From an uncultured Gemmatimonadaceae bacterium (GTDB lineage Bacteria; Gemmatimonadota; Gemmatimonadetes; Gemmatimonadales; Gemmatimonadaceae), in contig CAWBOC010000010.1 of NCBI GenBank assembly GCA_963790305.1, positions 320,001 through 384,000 on the forward strand: a stretch of 64,000 nucleotides of DNA, given 5' to 3'. The notes beneath the pieces were generated by a model. That model ran no database searches. It was not told where the DNA came from and saw nothing but the letters and a program-made list of their open reading frames with translations. Below are positions 48,205 to 57,438 of this stretch, piece after piece (positions within the stretch are counted from its first letter, which is position 1; every line of letters begins with the position of its first letter). The translations under genes were made by a program, and so were the position numbers.

Positions 48205-49500
48205 CTAGAGTGCTCTCCCTACCAATGCTTCCAACTGCGCCTTCGCAATCCGGTAGTCGTATCGTGCCTGGATCAGCGCCGCGCGGGCGTTGTTCAGCTC
48301 GGTCTGCGAGGTGAGCAGGTCCAGGAGCCTCGAGGCGCCCACCGCATAACGCTGCTGCTGTACCCGTACGTCCTCCTCGGCCGCAGCCACGCTCGCGCTC
48401 TGGATCGCGATGCGCGCTTCAGCGGTGCGCAGAGCGCCCAGGAACTGTGACAGCTGCTGCCGCGCGCCGAATTGCGCGTCGCGGAGGGCGGCAGCGGAAT
48501 TGGCTTCCTGCACATCGGCACCGACACGCTGCTCCTCGCGATTGAGCCGATTGAAGAGGGGATACGACGCGGTGAAGCGGAGATTGCTGGAATAGCGGAA
48601 GGGATCGTTCCATCCGAATCCGAGGTCGTCGCCGTTCGATCCGCGTGAGTACGACATACTGATCGACGGGAAGTACGTCGATCGCGCGGCCTTCTGGCTC
48701 GCGCGCGCGACCTGCCACTGGGCGGCGGCTTCGCGAATGGCCGGCCCATCGAGGGCGAGCCGTTCGAGGCTGGCGCTATCGACCGAGATGCTCTGCGGGC
48801 TCAGCGTGTCTTCGGCTGGAGTGACGGGGAAGGGGGTCGCCACCAGTCGCGTGAGCGTTGCCTCAGCGGTCCGGAGCGCGTTCTGCGCCGTGATGAGTGC
48901 GAGCTGCGCGTTGCCGATCTGGATCACGGTGCGCAACGAGTCACTCTTCGTCGCGGCGCCAGCGGCCATGCGAGCCGTCGCCGTCCGCATCTGCTGCTGC
49001 GCCTCCTCCAGCTGGGTGCGCGCCGCCGCTTCCGACTCTCGCGCCGCCAGCCCGTCGTAGTAGGCCTGCTTCACGTCGAGCGCAATCTGGAAGCGCTGGT
49101 CGATGTCGTTCGCCTCGGCCGCGTCCTGCTGGGCGCGTGCGCGCCGCAGCTCGTAGAATCTCGAGCCGCCATCGAACAGCTGAAGACTCATCGACGCGCC
49201 CGCCGAGCTCGACCACGGGCTGTCGTCGTCAATGGGACGGCCTGCCTGAATCGTGCGCGTTCCACCCTCCCACGCGCGGGACATGTTCAGGTTGACGTCG
49301 GGGAGAAACGCCGCATACGCGCCGCGGACGGTTGCGTCGCTCGAGCGGAGCTGACCGCGCGACTGTACGGCGAGCGGCGCGTTACGCTGCGCCAGCTGCA
49401 CCGCCTCATCGAGCGTGATCGGCCGAGGCGCCTCTTGCCCGGCGGCCATGCCGGCCGTCGCGCAGGCGGCCAGCACAGTAAGCCAGATCCGCGCAATCAC
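48205..49500 (-). CDS. TolC-family outer membrane protein
   Basis: ITLDEAVQLA, LFDGG, RYAVGAS.LLDLL, LEALVG. Confidence 0.9.
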   Translation of the reverse strand: MIARIWLTVLAACATAGMAAGQEAPRPITLDEAVQLAQRNAPLAVQSRGQLRSSDATVRGAYAAFLPDVNLNMSRAWEGGTRTIQAGRPIDDDSPWSSSAGASMSLQLFDGGSRFYELRRARAQQDAAEANDIDQRFQIALDVKQAYYDGLAARESEAAARTQLEEAQQQMRTATARMAAGAATKSDSLRTVIQIGNAQLALITAQNALRTAEATLTRLVATPFPVTPAEDTLSPQSISVDSASLERLALDGPAIREAAAQWQVARASQKAARSTYFPSISMSYSRGSNGDDLGFGWNDPFRYSSNLRFTASYPLFNRLNREEQRVGADVQEANSAAALRDAQFGARQQLSQFLGALRTAEARIAIQSASVAAAEEDVRVQQQRYAVGASRLLDLLTSQTELNNARAALIQARYDYRIAKAQLEALVGRAL

Positions 49501-49868
49501 TTGGACTTCGTCTCCTTCGCCGAGTGCTTCTTCGCGAGCAGCTCATCGAAGTGCGCGCGTTGACTGTCGTTGAGCACGCGCCGGATCTGCTGGCGCGCCG
49601 TGTCGCGCACCGCATCCATTTGCGGACGCACTGGCGCGATGACCGCCCGCATCTCGCGATGCCGGCGCTCGACGATGCTATCGACTGCGGCGGACTGCTC
49701 CGGTGTCAGGTGAAGCTCCTCCGTGAGCCAGGCAAAAGAGCGACGGTTGTCGCCGGTCTTTGCGCACCGGTCACTCGTGAGCACGCGATCGGCCGTGAAG
49801 CCCAGTGCGCCGCCCACGAGGAGGGCGCCCAACAGGAACATCAGCGCGAGACTGCGTGAGCGCTGCAT
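49497..49868 (-). CDS. Spy/CpxP-like periplasmic helical protein
   Basis: N-terminal TM; LHLTPEQ and VLNDSQ (LTxxQ-type) motifs. Confidence 0.7.
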   Translation of the reverse strand: MQRSRSLALMFLLGALLVGGALGFTADRVLTSDRCAKTGDNRRSFAWLTEELHLTPEQSAAVDSIVERRHREMRAVIAPVRPQMDAVRDTARQQIRRVLNDSQRAHFDELLAKKHSAKETKSK

Positions 49869-49882
49869 GTCGTACTCCCAGT

Positions 49883-50242
49883 TTAGGGTTCGATGACGTA
49901 GCGGAGGGTTGCCTCACGCCCGTCAGGTTCAGTGACTTCAGTGGCGACCCGTGCTGGGAACGAGACTGGTGTCTCGAGCAGCGTCGCCATCTCCCGCGCC
50001 TCCACGTCGTGCGTGCGGACGAGGGCGGCGCCGGTGATGAGCGCCGCGAGCGCGGCCGCGATCAGCCCCGCGCTCGTCCATCGCGCAAAGGGCGCGGTCC
50101 AGTCCTCGTCTTCCGCGAGACGCGCCAGCATGGAGGCCTCGAGCGCGCCCCAGTACGCGGGATCCTGAGGCGATGCCATCAACGCGCGCAGTGCCGCGGT
50201 GACGCGCGCATCCTCGGGCTCGATATGGTGACCGTCGATCAT
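49883..50242 (-). CDS. Putative membrane anti-sigma factor
   Basis: Overlaps the sigma stop (ATGA); YW..LE..M..RL followed by one TM helix. Confidence 0.65.
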   Translation of the reverse strand: MIDGHHIEPEDARVTAALRALMASPQDPAYWGALEASMLARLAEDEDWTAPFARWTSAGLIAAALAALITGAALVRTHDVEAREMATLLETPVSFPARVATEVTEPDGREATLRYVIEP

Positions 50243-50853
50243 GAGTTGCTCCGTGTGTCGCTCAACAAGCGCCGTAACGTGGCGCGCGCGTGGTGCAGAT
50301 CGGACCGTGCCGTTCCTTCCGGGATGCCGAGCATCTCGCTGATCTCGGCGTGACGAAACCCTTCCACATCGTGCAACACGATCACCGCCCGCTGCCGCTC
50401 CGTCAGCCGCTGCAACGCCGCCGCCAAGCGACGGCGCAGCTCGTCCGATTCCGCCGGATCGCGAAATGGCAGCGCGATCGTCTCCGGCAGCGTTCCCGCC
50501 GTCCGAACCTTTCGGCGCCGCTGCAGGTCGAGCGCCGCGTTCGCGACGATGCGATGCAGCCAGGCACCGAACGGCTCGCCCGGCCGGAACCGGGCCAATG
50601 CCCGATACGCGTGCAGAAATCCGTCCTGCACCGCATCTTCGGCGTCGTGATGATCGAGCACGATCGCTCGCGCCACCGCATAGGCGCGCCGTTGATGCGC
50701 GCGAACGAGCTCCGCGAATGCCTCGTGACTGCCCTCTTGAGCGGACAGTACGAGCTCACGCTCGCGTGTCCGATCATCCGGCACGGTGAACGCGCCGCCC
50801 ACGACGGGGCGCGCGGGTGCCCCTTGGGCAGGGAGAGAGGCGGTCGCGATCAT
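50239..50853 (-). CDS. ECF RNA polymerase sigma factor
   Basis: AFAELV, DAEDAVQD.F, FGAWLHRIVAN.ALD, LHDVEG..HAEI..LGIPEGT.RS.LHHAR. Confidence 0.95.
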   Translation of the reverse strand: MIATASLPAQGAPARPVVGGAFTVPDDRTRERELVLSAQEGSHEAFAELVRAHQRRAYAVARAIVLDHHDAEDAVQDGFLHAYRALARFRPGEPFGAWLHRIVANAALDLQRRRKVRTAGTLPETIALPFRDPAESDELRRRLAAALQRLTERQRAVIVLHDVEGFRHAEISEMLGIPEGTARSDLHHARATLRRLLSDTRSNS

Positions 50854-50875
50854 GTGCCAGACGTCCTGATTCAGG

Positions 50876-50901
50876 TACGCGGTCCGCGACCAAAACGTTG
50901 A
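50876..50901 (-). promoter_or_regulatory. Putative ECF autoregulatory promoter
   Basis: Minus strand TCAAC-N17-CGTA, 22 nt upstream of the sigma ATG. Confidence 0.5.
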
Positions 50902-50910
50902 GCGACGACA

Positions 50911-51537
50911 CTACCCGCCGGCCGGCGCGGATGCCCCTTGGACAGGGGGTGTTCCCTCCAGACCCAGGGCAGGCGCCTCGCGCCGCATGGCGTCGATCAC
51001 GAACTGGATGTGCGCGTCCAGCTCCACCCCGAGCTCCTCGGCGCCGTTGATGACGTCCTCGCGACTCACGCCGCGGGCGAAGGCCTTGTCCTTCATCTTC
51101 TTTCGGACGGACTTCGCATCGACCTCATGCACGCTCTTCGATGGCCTCACGAGCGCGGTGGCGGTCACCAGCCCGGTGAGCTCGTCGACGGCGAACAGCG
51201 TCTTCGCCATGCGCGACGTCCGCGGCACGCCGGAGTATTGCGCGTGGCCTAGGATTGCCTCGAGAATGTCCTCGGGCCAGCCACGCTCCCGCAGGAGACG
51301 AACGCCTTCGGCAGGGTGGCCGGTGGTGGGCGAATGCTCCTGATTCGGCCAGCGCTCATAGTCGAAGTCGTGGATGAGCCCCGCGAGCCCCCAGCGCTCC
51401 CGATCCTCCCCGAACCGTTCTGCGTACGCGCGCATGGCCGCCTCGACGGAAAGCATGTGCTTCCGGAGGGAGTCGCTCTGCGTGAATTCATGCAGGATCG
51501 CGAGGGCTTCAGGGCGAGTCGGGAGCGATTGAGTCAT
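50911..51537 (-). CDS. HD-domain (HDIG-type) phosphohydrolase
   Basis: LRKH.L.VEAAM, GLIHDFDYE, AILGH, LFAVDELTG, KDKAFARGVSR. Confidence 0.88.
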   Translation of the reverse strand: MTQSLPTRPEALAILHEFTQSDSLRKHMLSVEAAMRAYAERFGEDRERWGLAGLIHDFDYERWPNQEHSPTTGHPAEGVRLLRERGWPEDILEAILGHAQYSGVPRTSRMAKTLFAVDELTGLVTATALVRPSKSVHEVDAKSVRKKMKDKAFARGVSREDVINGAEELGVELDAHIQFVIDAMRREAPALGLEGTPPVQGASAPAGG

Positions 51538-51559
51538 AAGGAGGATGGGAGGAAAGGCA

Positions 51560-51640
51560 GTCGAGGTCGTCGAGGGTGTCGAGGTGATCGAGGCGACTTC
51601 ACCTCGATCACCTCGACATCCTCGACGACCTCGATCACCT
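51560..51640. repeat. Family B palindromic element, copy B2
   Basis: GTCGAGGTCGTCGAGGGTGTCGAGGTGATCGAGG ... CCTCGATCACCTCGACATCCTCGACGACCTCGA. Confidence 0.85.
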
Positions 51641-51642
51641 GT

Positions 51643-52248
51643 TCATTCATTAAGGTAGGCAACACCCCATCTCGAGGCGAGATCGCGGTCCCCCAGCAAT
51701 AGCTCGGTCGTCGCCGGCTCGACGCCATACGGCGCGAGCCAGGCCTGCAAGTGCATCTTCGCATCGGGGATCGTGCAGCTTCGAGGCGCTCCCTGTACAC
51801 CAATGACAATGCGGTCCTTGACCATGGTGATCACGTCGGCAGCGCGTCCTCCGCGGAAGGCGACTCCCACGAAATGCCGAGGCTTCTCACGAGCCGCGAA
51901 GCCGAGCACCGTGACTCGCCGCGACAGCGCGCGCGCGAGCACGCTCAACGCTGGCGGTAGCGCCATCTCCATCCGCGCCGCAGCAGGTAACCCTTCGGCC
52001 AGCTCGAGCGCGGCACCCCACGCCGTGGCATCACTGTAGCCAGCCCACTCGCGGATCACGCTGAGCGCGGGCTGAACGAGATCGACATCGAAGAATCGTG
52101 CCTCGCTGCGCGCGGTCGGCTCCGCCGGCAGAGGCGGCGCTGGATCGGCTCGCGCAAACCCTCGTTCAGCGAGGACGGCGTCGAGCGCCTGTTCTGCCTC
52201 CGCGACGGGGAGCGCCACGAGGAGCGCCTCACGCGTTCTGGTCGCCAT
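51643..52248 (-). CDS. Hypothetical protein
   Basis: ORF from MATRTREALL with coding-like composition; no recognised motif. Confidence 0.55.
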   Translation of the reverse strand: MATRTREALLVALPVAEAEQALDAVLAERGFARADPAPPLPAEPTARSEARFFDVDLVQPALSVIREWAGYSDATAWGAALELAEGLPAAARMEMALPPALSVLARALSRRVTVLGFAAREKPRHFVGVAFRGGRAADVITMVKDRIVIGVQGAPRSCTIPDAKMHLQAWLAPYGVEPATTELLLGDRDLASRWGVAYLNE

Positions 52249-52321
52249 GGCAGGGAAGCGTCGAGTGAAACGAGCGGCGGCGCAAGACCGTAGGTGATGG
52301 CTGTCCCGCTCGGAGGGTGGC

Positions 52322-52761
52322 ATGCGTACCTCGTTTGTCGCCGTCTCACTGCTGCTAGTCACGTTCGGTGTCGCCGCGTGTCGTACCGCCGACGGCGATT
52401 CCATTCCGCGCAGTCTTCCCGGCGTCTACGAGTACGACGCTGCCGGTCGCGCCTTCGGTCACCCCTGGGCGTTCCACGTCGCGCTCGAATTGCGCCGCGA
52501 CGGCCAGTACGAATGACCACCGACTCCGACATCAACGGCGATCGTGATCGCGACATCGACCGCGGACGCTATATTGTCCGCGACAATGTCGTGCTCCTTT
52601 CTCACGACGACGGCGATCGCGTTCGTGAAGACAACGCGCACCGGCTCGAGATCCGTGGCGATTCGCTCCGGGCGAACATGCCCTGGGTCGCAAACGCCGC
52701 GCTTCGCCTGGCTGGTGCCTCGAAGCCGATTCTCGTCCGGCGCGATCGCATCGGAGACTGA
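52322..52761 (+). CDS. Hypothetical lipoprotein, frameshifted at about 52513
   Basis: GGAGG RBS, VAAC lipobox. GAA+TGACC would read GAA ATG ACC with one more A, joining to MTTDSDING...IGD*. Confidence 0.65.
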
Positions 52762-52874
52762 AAACGACGGCCAGTCGTCATTCCTGGGCGCGCGCGACAG
52801 GCGCGGGTGCCCTTGGGCGGGTCGTGCCGGACGGCCGTCCACCCGCCCCGACCATTCAGATCGAGGTAGGAAAG

Positions 52875-53669
52875 ATGCGGAGCTCATTCGCGCTGCTCGC
52901 GGCGACCCTCGTCGTCGCGGGATGCACGTCGGTCGACACCACCGAGCATTGCGTGCTCACGCGGTACGGGAGGATCATCGAGCCGCGCATGAGCACGGGC
53001 TTGAACTTCACGCCACTGGCCAAGGCGACGTGCTTCTCGATGACGGACAGAAACTTCCCCGATCAAGGCGGGAAGGAGACGATGGAGGCGCAGACGCGTG
53101 ATCCCATCACCGTCGTCGGTGACGTCGGCATCGTCTACGCCTACGATCCGGCGACGATCCTCAAGCTGTTCGAGGACAAGCGCACACCCGAGGCCGCGGA
53201 AGCGGAGATTCTGAACGCCGTGCGGGAGGGCTATCGCAACGCACTGGCGAGCTGGACCGTGTCGCAGATCTTCTCCGCCGACCGCGCCTCCCTTTCCGAT
53301 TCCGTTCGCGCCCACATCCAGCGCAAGCTTGGCGGACGCGCGGTCGTGAAGCAGGTCTTCGTGCGCGACATCAAGGCGCCGGCGGCGATCGAGACGGCGC
53401 GAATCGACGCGGCGAGGCAGGCACAGGTGCTCGACCGCGCGATCAAGCAGTTCCAGATCGATTCAGTGAACGCGCGGGCGACGGTCATTGGCGCCGAGGC
53501 GCAGGCGACCTCGAAGCGTCTCGAGGCGCAGGCGTACTCGCAGAACCGCGAGCTGCTGCAGCTCCGAATTGCCGAGGCGCAGGCGAAGGGACTGGCGGAG
53601 GCGTGCAAGGGAGTGACGACGTGCGTGATCGGGGGCAGCGTGATGGACTCCTGGAAGTTGCCGAAATAG
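52875..53669 (+). CDS. SPFH/band 7 domain lipoprotein
   Basis: VAGC lipobox, V..RYG...GLNF.P, T.D.I.V....Y, VRDI..P..I, AEAQA repeats. Confidence 0.8.
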   Translation: MRSSFALLAATLVVAGCTSVDTTEHCVLTRYGRIIEPRMSTGLNFTPLAKATCFSMTDRNFPDQGGKETMEAQTRDPITVVGDVGIVYAYDPATILKLFEDKRTPEAAEAEILNAVREGYRNALASWTVSQIFSADRASLSDSVRAHIQRKLGGRAVVKQVFVRDIKAPAAIETARIDAARQAQVLDRAIKQFQIDSVNARATVIGAEAQATSKRLEAQAYSQNRELLQLRIAEAQAKGLAEACKGVTTCVIGGSVMDSWKLPK

Positions 53670-53677
53670 GCAGGAGC

Positions 53678-53828
53678 TAGGGGTCAGGAGTCAGGAGTCA
53701 GGGATCAGGGGTGGAAATGCAAACGGCGGCGCTTTCGCGCCGCCGTTTGCTCATCTGATGAGGCGGCTGCGGCGAAGCCGCGCCGCCTTTTCCACCCCTG
53801 ATCCCTGACTCCTGATTCCTGACCCCTA
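53678..53828. repeat. Family A palindromic element, copy A5 (near reverse complement of A2; right end is the stop of the LVIVD gene)
   Basis: TAGGGGTCAGGAGTCAGGAGTCAGGGATCAGGGGTGGAAA ... TTTCCACCCCTGATCCCTGACTCCTGATTCCTGACCCCTA. Confidence 0.9.
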
Positions 53829-55817
53829 TTCAGGCACCAGCTCCGACTTCGGCTCAATCCGCACGATCCACAAGCCATTATGGTTGTCATTCACATACGC
53901 CAACCCGTCGCGGTAGATGACCCCCCACACGCGCGGTGCGTTCGTCACGTGGCCGACGTCGCTCGCGGTGTGCAGATGCGCGATCTCGCGGTCCTGCGCG
54001 CGCAGGTCGCCGCGCAGCTCGCCTGAAATGTCGAAGGCGCGGAAGCCCGCCTCGTACGCGCCCATGTAGAGCGTGTCGCCGGCAACCCAAATGTTATGGA
54101 CTCCGCCGAACTCGGGCTCGTACCACGCGACCGACTTCGGATTCTTCATGTCGCTCACGTCGATCACCTGCAGGCGTCCATAGGCGCGCTCCGCGGCGAC
54201 CCCCGTTGCGCCGGAGACTCCGTGCAGCGGGAACACCTCGTCGGCGATGAAGACGTAGTTCTTGTGACGCCACGCGGTGTGCGTGCCCCGGATGAAGCCG
54301 CCGCCGGCCGTCTGCGCGACGTCGCGGTAGAGCTCGTCGAGATCGTACTTGTACTGCGTGACCAGCTTGGGATTCGAGGGCGTCCCGCCGTGCGAGCCGT
54401 TGCCAATGTCGAGCACGACCAGGCCGTCGTTCCAGTAGCTCAGGTAGGCGATCCCATCGCGTACGTCAATGTCGTGCAACGAGCGGCCCTCGACGGGACG
54501 GTCCGTGACCCAGCGCGCCACCTCACGAGGCTTGGCCGGATCGTCGAGGTTGAGGATGTGCAGCTCGGCCGTTCCGTCGTTCGTGAGGAGCAAGTGCCGG
54601 CCGAACCGCGGGCTCTCATAGAAGAACAGCGAGTGCACGCCCGATGTCACGCCTTCGGTGAACTCGGCGATCGGGCGCGGGTGCGCCGGATCGCGATTGT
54701 CGCAGATGACGATCCCGTTGCGGCGGTCGGCGGCGCCCTCGCGCGTGAACACGAGAATGGACCCGTCGGCGGTCGTGACGATGTCGTTCACGCGCCGCGT
54801 GTTGGCGACAATGGAGTCGGTGACCACCGGCTTCGCCGGATCGCTGATGTCGATCGCGAACATGACGTCGCCGCCGCGTCCGCTGCCGAGGTAGGCATGC
54901 TTGCCGTCCGGGTGCAGCCAGAGCTCCTCGGTGCGGAACCGCGCGCGCGGGAGCCGGCCGACGACCGTCACCGGGCGACGCACGTCGCGCTCGCCTAACG
55001 TGACGCGGGCGCTGCCGCTCTGGTTGCCGAACGTCGCGATGACCGTGTACTCGCCCGGCTCGTAGCCGACGAAGGCGCCCGTCTCATCGATGACGCCGTT
55101 GCCTGGCGAAACGCTCCAGGTGGGCGAGACGCCCGCGATCGCCGTTCCGCCAGCGGTGCGGGCACTGGCGGTGAAGCGGATGACGTCCCCTTCGCGCGCT
55201 TCGCGGGCGCTGGCGGTGACGCGAACCAATGCGACGCGCGCATTCGCCACTTCAACCGGAACCGAAGCGCGGACGTTACCAACGGAGGCCGTGACCGTTG
55301 CGCGACCTGGAGCAACGGCGGTGACCGCACCGTCTGCGTCGACGCGAGCGATGGCGGGCGCGGAGCTTCGCCAGCTCGGGCGGTCGCGTCGCTCGTCCCC
55401 GATTGCCGATTGCGTGCGCGTGCGGAGGGCGACCGTCTGGCCAATGACGAGGCGACCGGGTGGGGTGAGAATACTCACACGCGCTGCAGGTCCTGGTACG
55501 ACGCGAACGAGCGCGCGCTCCAGCAGCTGTCGCCGTCCTTCGACCAGACCAATGACCGTCACAGGAATGGTGGTGGGCGCGCCGCCCACGACGAGGCCGG
55601 TGGAATCGACGCGCCCCTCGAAGGAGCCGCCACCGGCGCGGAACACCACCCGCGCATTCGGCACGACGTTCCCCGCGCGATCGCGCACCTCGGCTGTCAG
55701 TCGCACCGAGTCACCGACGGCGATCTCGGCGTTCGCGGGCCTGACGACGATGCGGGCGTCGAGCGGCTCGGCCTGCTGCTGAAGCGCTGCGACGAGCAAA
55801 AAAGGGAGAACGTTCAC
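53826..55817 (-). CDS. Secreted protein with bacterial Ig-like domains and LVIVD-repeat beta-propeller
   Basis: WRSSAPAIARVDADG.VTAVAPG (Big_2-like); IDISDPAKP, AYLSYWNDGLVVLDI, LQVIDVSD, FDISG repeats. Confidence 0.8.
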   Translation of the reverse strand: MNVLPFLLVAALQQQAEPLDARIVVRPANAEIAVGDSVRLTAEVRDRAGNVVPNARVVFRAGGGSFEGRVDSTGLVVGGAPTTIPVTVIGLVEGRRQLLERALVRVVPGPAARVSILTPPGRLVIGQTVALRTRTQSAIGDERRDRPSWRSSAPAIARVDADGAVTAVAPGRATVTASVGNVRASVPVEVANARVALVRVTASAREAREGDVIRFTASARTAGGTAIAGVSPTWSVSPGNGVIDETGAFVGYEPGEYTVIATFGNQSGSARVTLGERDVRRPVTVVGRLPRARFRTEELWLHPDGKHAYLGSGRGGDVMFAIDISDPAKPVVTDSIVANTRRVNDIVTTADGSILVFTREGAADRRNGIVICDNRDPAHPRPIAEFTEGVTSGVHSLFFYESPRFGRHLLLTNDGTAELHILNLDDPAKPREVARWVTDRPVEGRSLHDIDVRDGIAYLSYWNDGLVVLDIGNGSHGGTPSNPKLVTQYKYDLDELYRDVAQTAGGGFIRGTHTAWRHKNYVFIADEVFPLHGVSGATGVAAERAYGRLQVIDVSDMKNPKSVAWYEPEFGGVHNIWVAGDTLYMGAYEAGFRAFDISGELRGDLRAQDREIAHLHTASDVGHVTNAPRVWGVIYRDGLAYVNDNHNGLWIVRIEPKSELVPE

Positions 55818-55822
55818 GACAC

Positions 55823-56068
55823 TCAGTGTGCGCCGGGTGCGTGCGCGGCGGCGCCGTGTCGCCCGCAGCAGGCGCCGTTGTCTGTCCCGCGCGGCGGTGC
55901 GGCCTGTCCCGCGGGCGCCGCATGACTCTCCTGCGGCGCCGCCGCGTGACCGGCAAAGGCCCGGTTGGTGAGCGCGATAATCGTGGTGACGGCGGCCAGC
56001 AGAAAGAGCACGGAGACCGCCAGGCCAATGAAGCCCGCGCTCATGTCGCCGGGACGGGGAGAGGACAT
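55823..56068 (-). CDS. Small single-TM membrane protein with Ala/Pro/His-rich tail
   Basis: AGFIGLAVSVLFLLAAVTTIIALTN hydrophobic helix; the tail may contain indels. Confidence 0.55.
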   Translation of the reverse strand: MSSPRPGDMSAGFIGLAVSVLFLLAAVTTIIALTNRAFAGHAAAPQESHAAPAGQAAPPRGTDNGACCGRHGAAAHAPGAH

Positions 56069-56092
56069 GGTTTTCGGGATTGAGTTTGGTGT

Positions 56093-56149
56093 CGAACGCG
56101 GAACGCGGAATGCGGAAGCAGTTAATCCGCATTCCGCATTCCGCATTCG
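56093..56149. repeat. Family C palindromic element, copy C3
   Basis: CGAACGCGGAACGCGGAATGCGGA ... TCCGCATTCCGCATTCCGCATTCG. Confidence 0.85.
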
Positions 56150-56152
56150 TTA

Positions 56153-56614
56153 CTACGTCACGTTGGCCTTTACGATCTGATCATTTTGCTTGATCTGCTT
56201 CATCACGTCGAGGCCCTTGGTGATGCGGCCGAAGACGGTGTGCACGCCGTCGAGGTGCTTGGCGTTCTGCTCGCTGAGCACCATGAAGAACTGGCTGCCA
56301 CCGGTGTCCTTCCCGGCGTGGGCCATCGACAGTGCGCCAACGACGTGCTTTTGATTCCCGCCCTTGGTCTCGCACTTGATCGTCCATCCGGGACCACCCG
56401 TGCCGACAGGGCCTTTGGCGTGCTCGCCGCCTTTCGAGTAGGGATCGCCGCCCTGGACGACGAAATCCGGAATCACGCGATGGAACTTCGTCCCATCATA
56501 GAACCCGCTGTTGGCGAGCTTCTCGAAGTTCGCCACCGTGCTCGGGGCGTCCTTGTCATACAGTTCCGCGGTGATCGTCCCGCGGTTCGTTTCGATGGTA
56601 GCAGTTTTAGGCAT
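56153..56614 (-). CDS. Cyclophilin-type peptidyl-prolyl cis-trans isomerase
   Basis: [49 protein letters not shown]. Confidence 0.96.
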   Translation of the reverse strand: MPKTATIETNRGTITAELYDKDAPSTVANFEKLANSGFYDGTKFHRVIPDFVVQGGDPYSKGGEHAKGPVGTGGPGWTIKCETKGGNQKHVVGALSMAHAGKDTGGSQFFMVLSEQNAKHLDGVHTVFGRITKGLDVMKQIKQNDQIVKANVT

Positions 56615-56640
56615 GTCGTGAAGATAGTTGGAGGGCTAAG

Positions 56641-56717
56641 GGTGTCGAGGGTGTCGAGGTCGTCGAGGTGATCGAGGAGAGGCGACGACGTTCCCTCCAT
56701 CACCTCGACGACCTCGG
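56641..56717. repeat. Family B palindromic element, copy B3 (inverted relative to B1; supplies the nth stop)
   Basis: GTCGAGGGTGTCGAGGTCGTCGAGGTGATCGAGGAGAGGCGACGACGTTCCCTCCATCACCTCGACGACCTCG. Confidence 0.85.
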
Positions 56718-57438
56718 CGTTTCGACAGGAACCACGAGCGACGACGGACACAAGTCCCACAACGGACACTCTTCGCACAAGCGGACGTCGAGCGACGCAG
56801 ATCGACCGGCCGTGAAAGATCAGCAGGTGCGAGAACAACGTCCACTTCTCTCGCGGCACGATCTTCACCAGATCCTGCTCGATTTTCACTGCGTCGGTCT
56901 GACGCGTGAGGCCCAGACGAAACGACACCCGCGTGACGTGCGTGTCGACCACGATCCCCTCGTTCTGCCCGAATGCGTTGCCGAGGACGACGTTCGCCGT
57001 CTTGCGACCGACGCCCGGGAGATGCGTGAGCTCGTCCATCGTACGCGGGATCTCGCCGCGGTGCTTGTCCACGACCGCCCGAGCCATGCCCACGAGACTC
57101 TTCGTCTTGTTGCGGAAGAACCCCGTGCTCTTGATGCGGTTCTCCAGGTCCTCCGTCTCCGCCTCGGACAACGCGGCCGCGTCGGGGAAGCGCGCGAACA
57201 GCTCCGGCGTCACCATGTTGACGCGCACGTCCGTGCACTGGGCGGACAGAATCGTCGCGACGAGGAGCTCGTAGGGATTCCGGTAGTCGAGCGAGCACTT
57301 CGCGTCCGGGTACGTCTCCTCGAGCCGGCGGATGTACTCGAGCGCGACATCGCGCCCGACCTGCCTCGGCCTCTTGGGAAGCGCCTTACGAGTGACGAAG
57401 GGCGGTTGTGGAGGTGCTGCGCTCGCGCGCGGAGTCAT
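56700..57438 (-). CDS. nth: Endonuclease III, with a +1 frameshift near 56780
   Basis: LLVATILSAQCTD, LPGVGRKTANVV HhH, VDTHV. Removing one base restores C-X6-C-X2-C-X5-C (ICVARRPLCEECPLWDLC) and a stop at 56700. Confidence 0.92.

Noticed and set aside
51560..51640. Short tandem repeats as a possible CRISPR array (also the other repeat clusters)
   Set aside because: Units are 7-9 nt, inverted, and lack unique spacers; there are no cas genes.
52511..52516. In-frame TGA as a selenocysteine or readthrough codon
   Set aside because: Coding continues in another frame; one missing A explains it.
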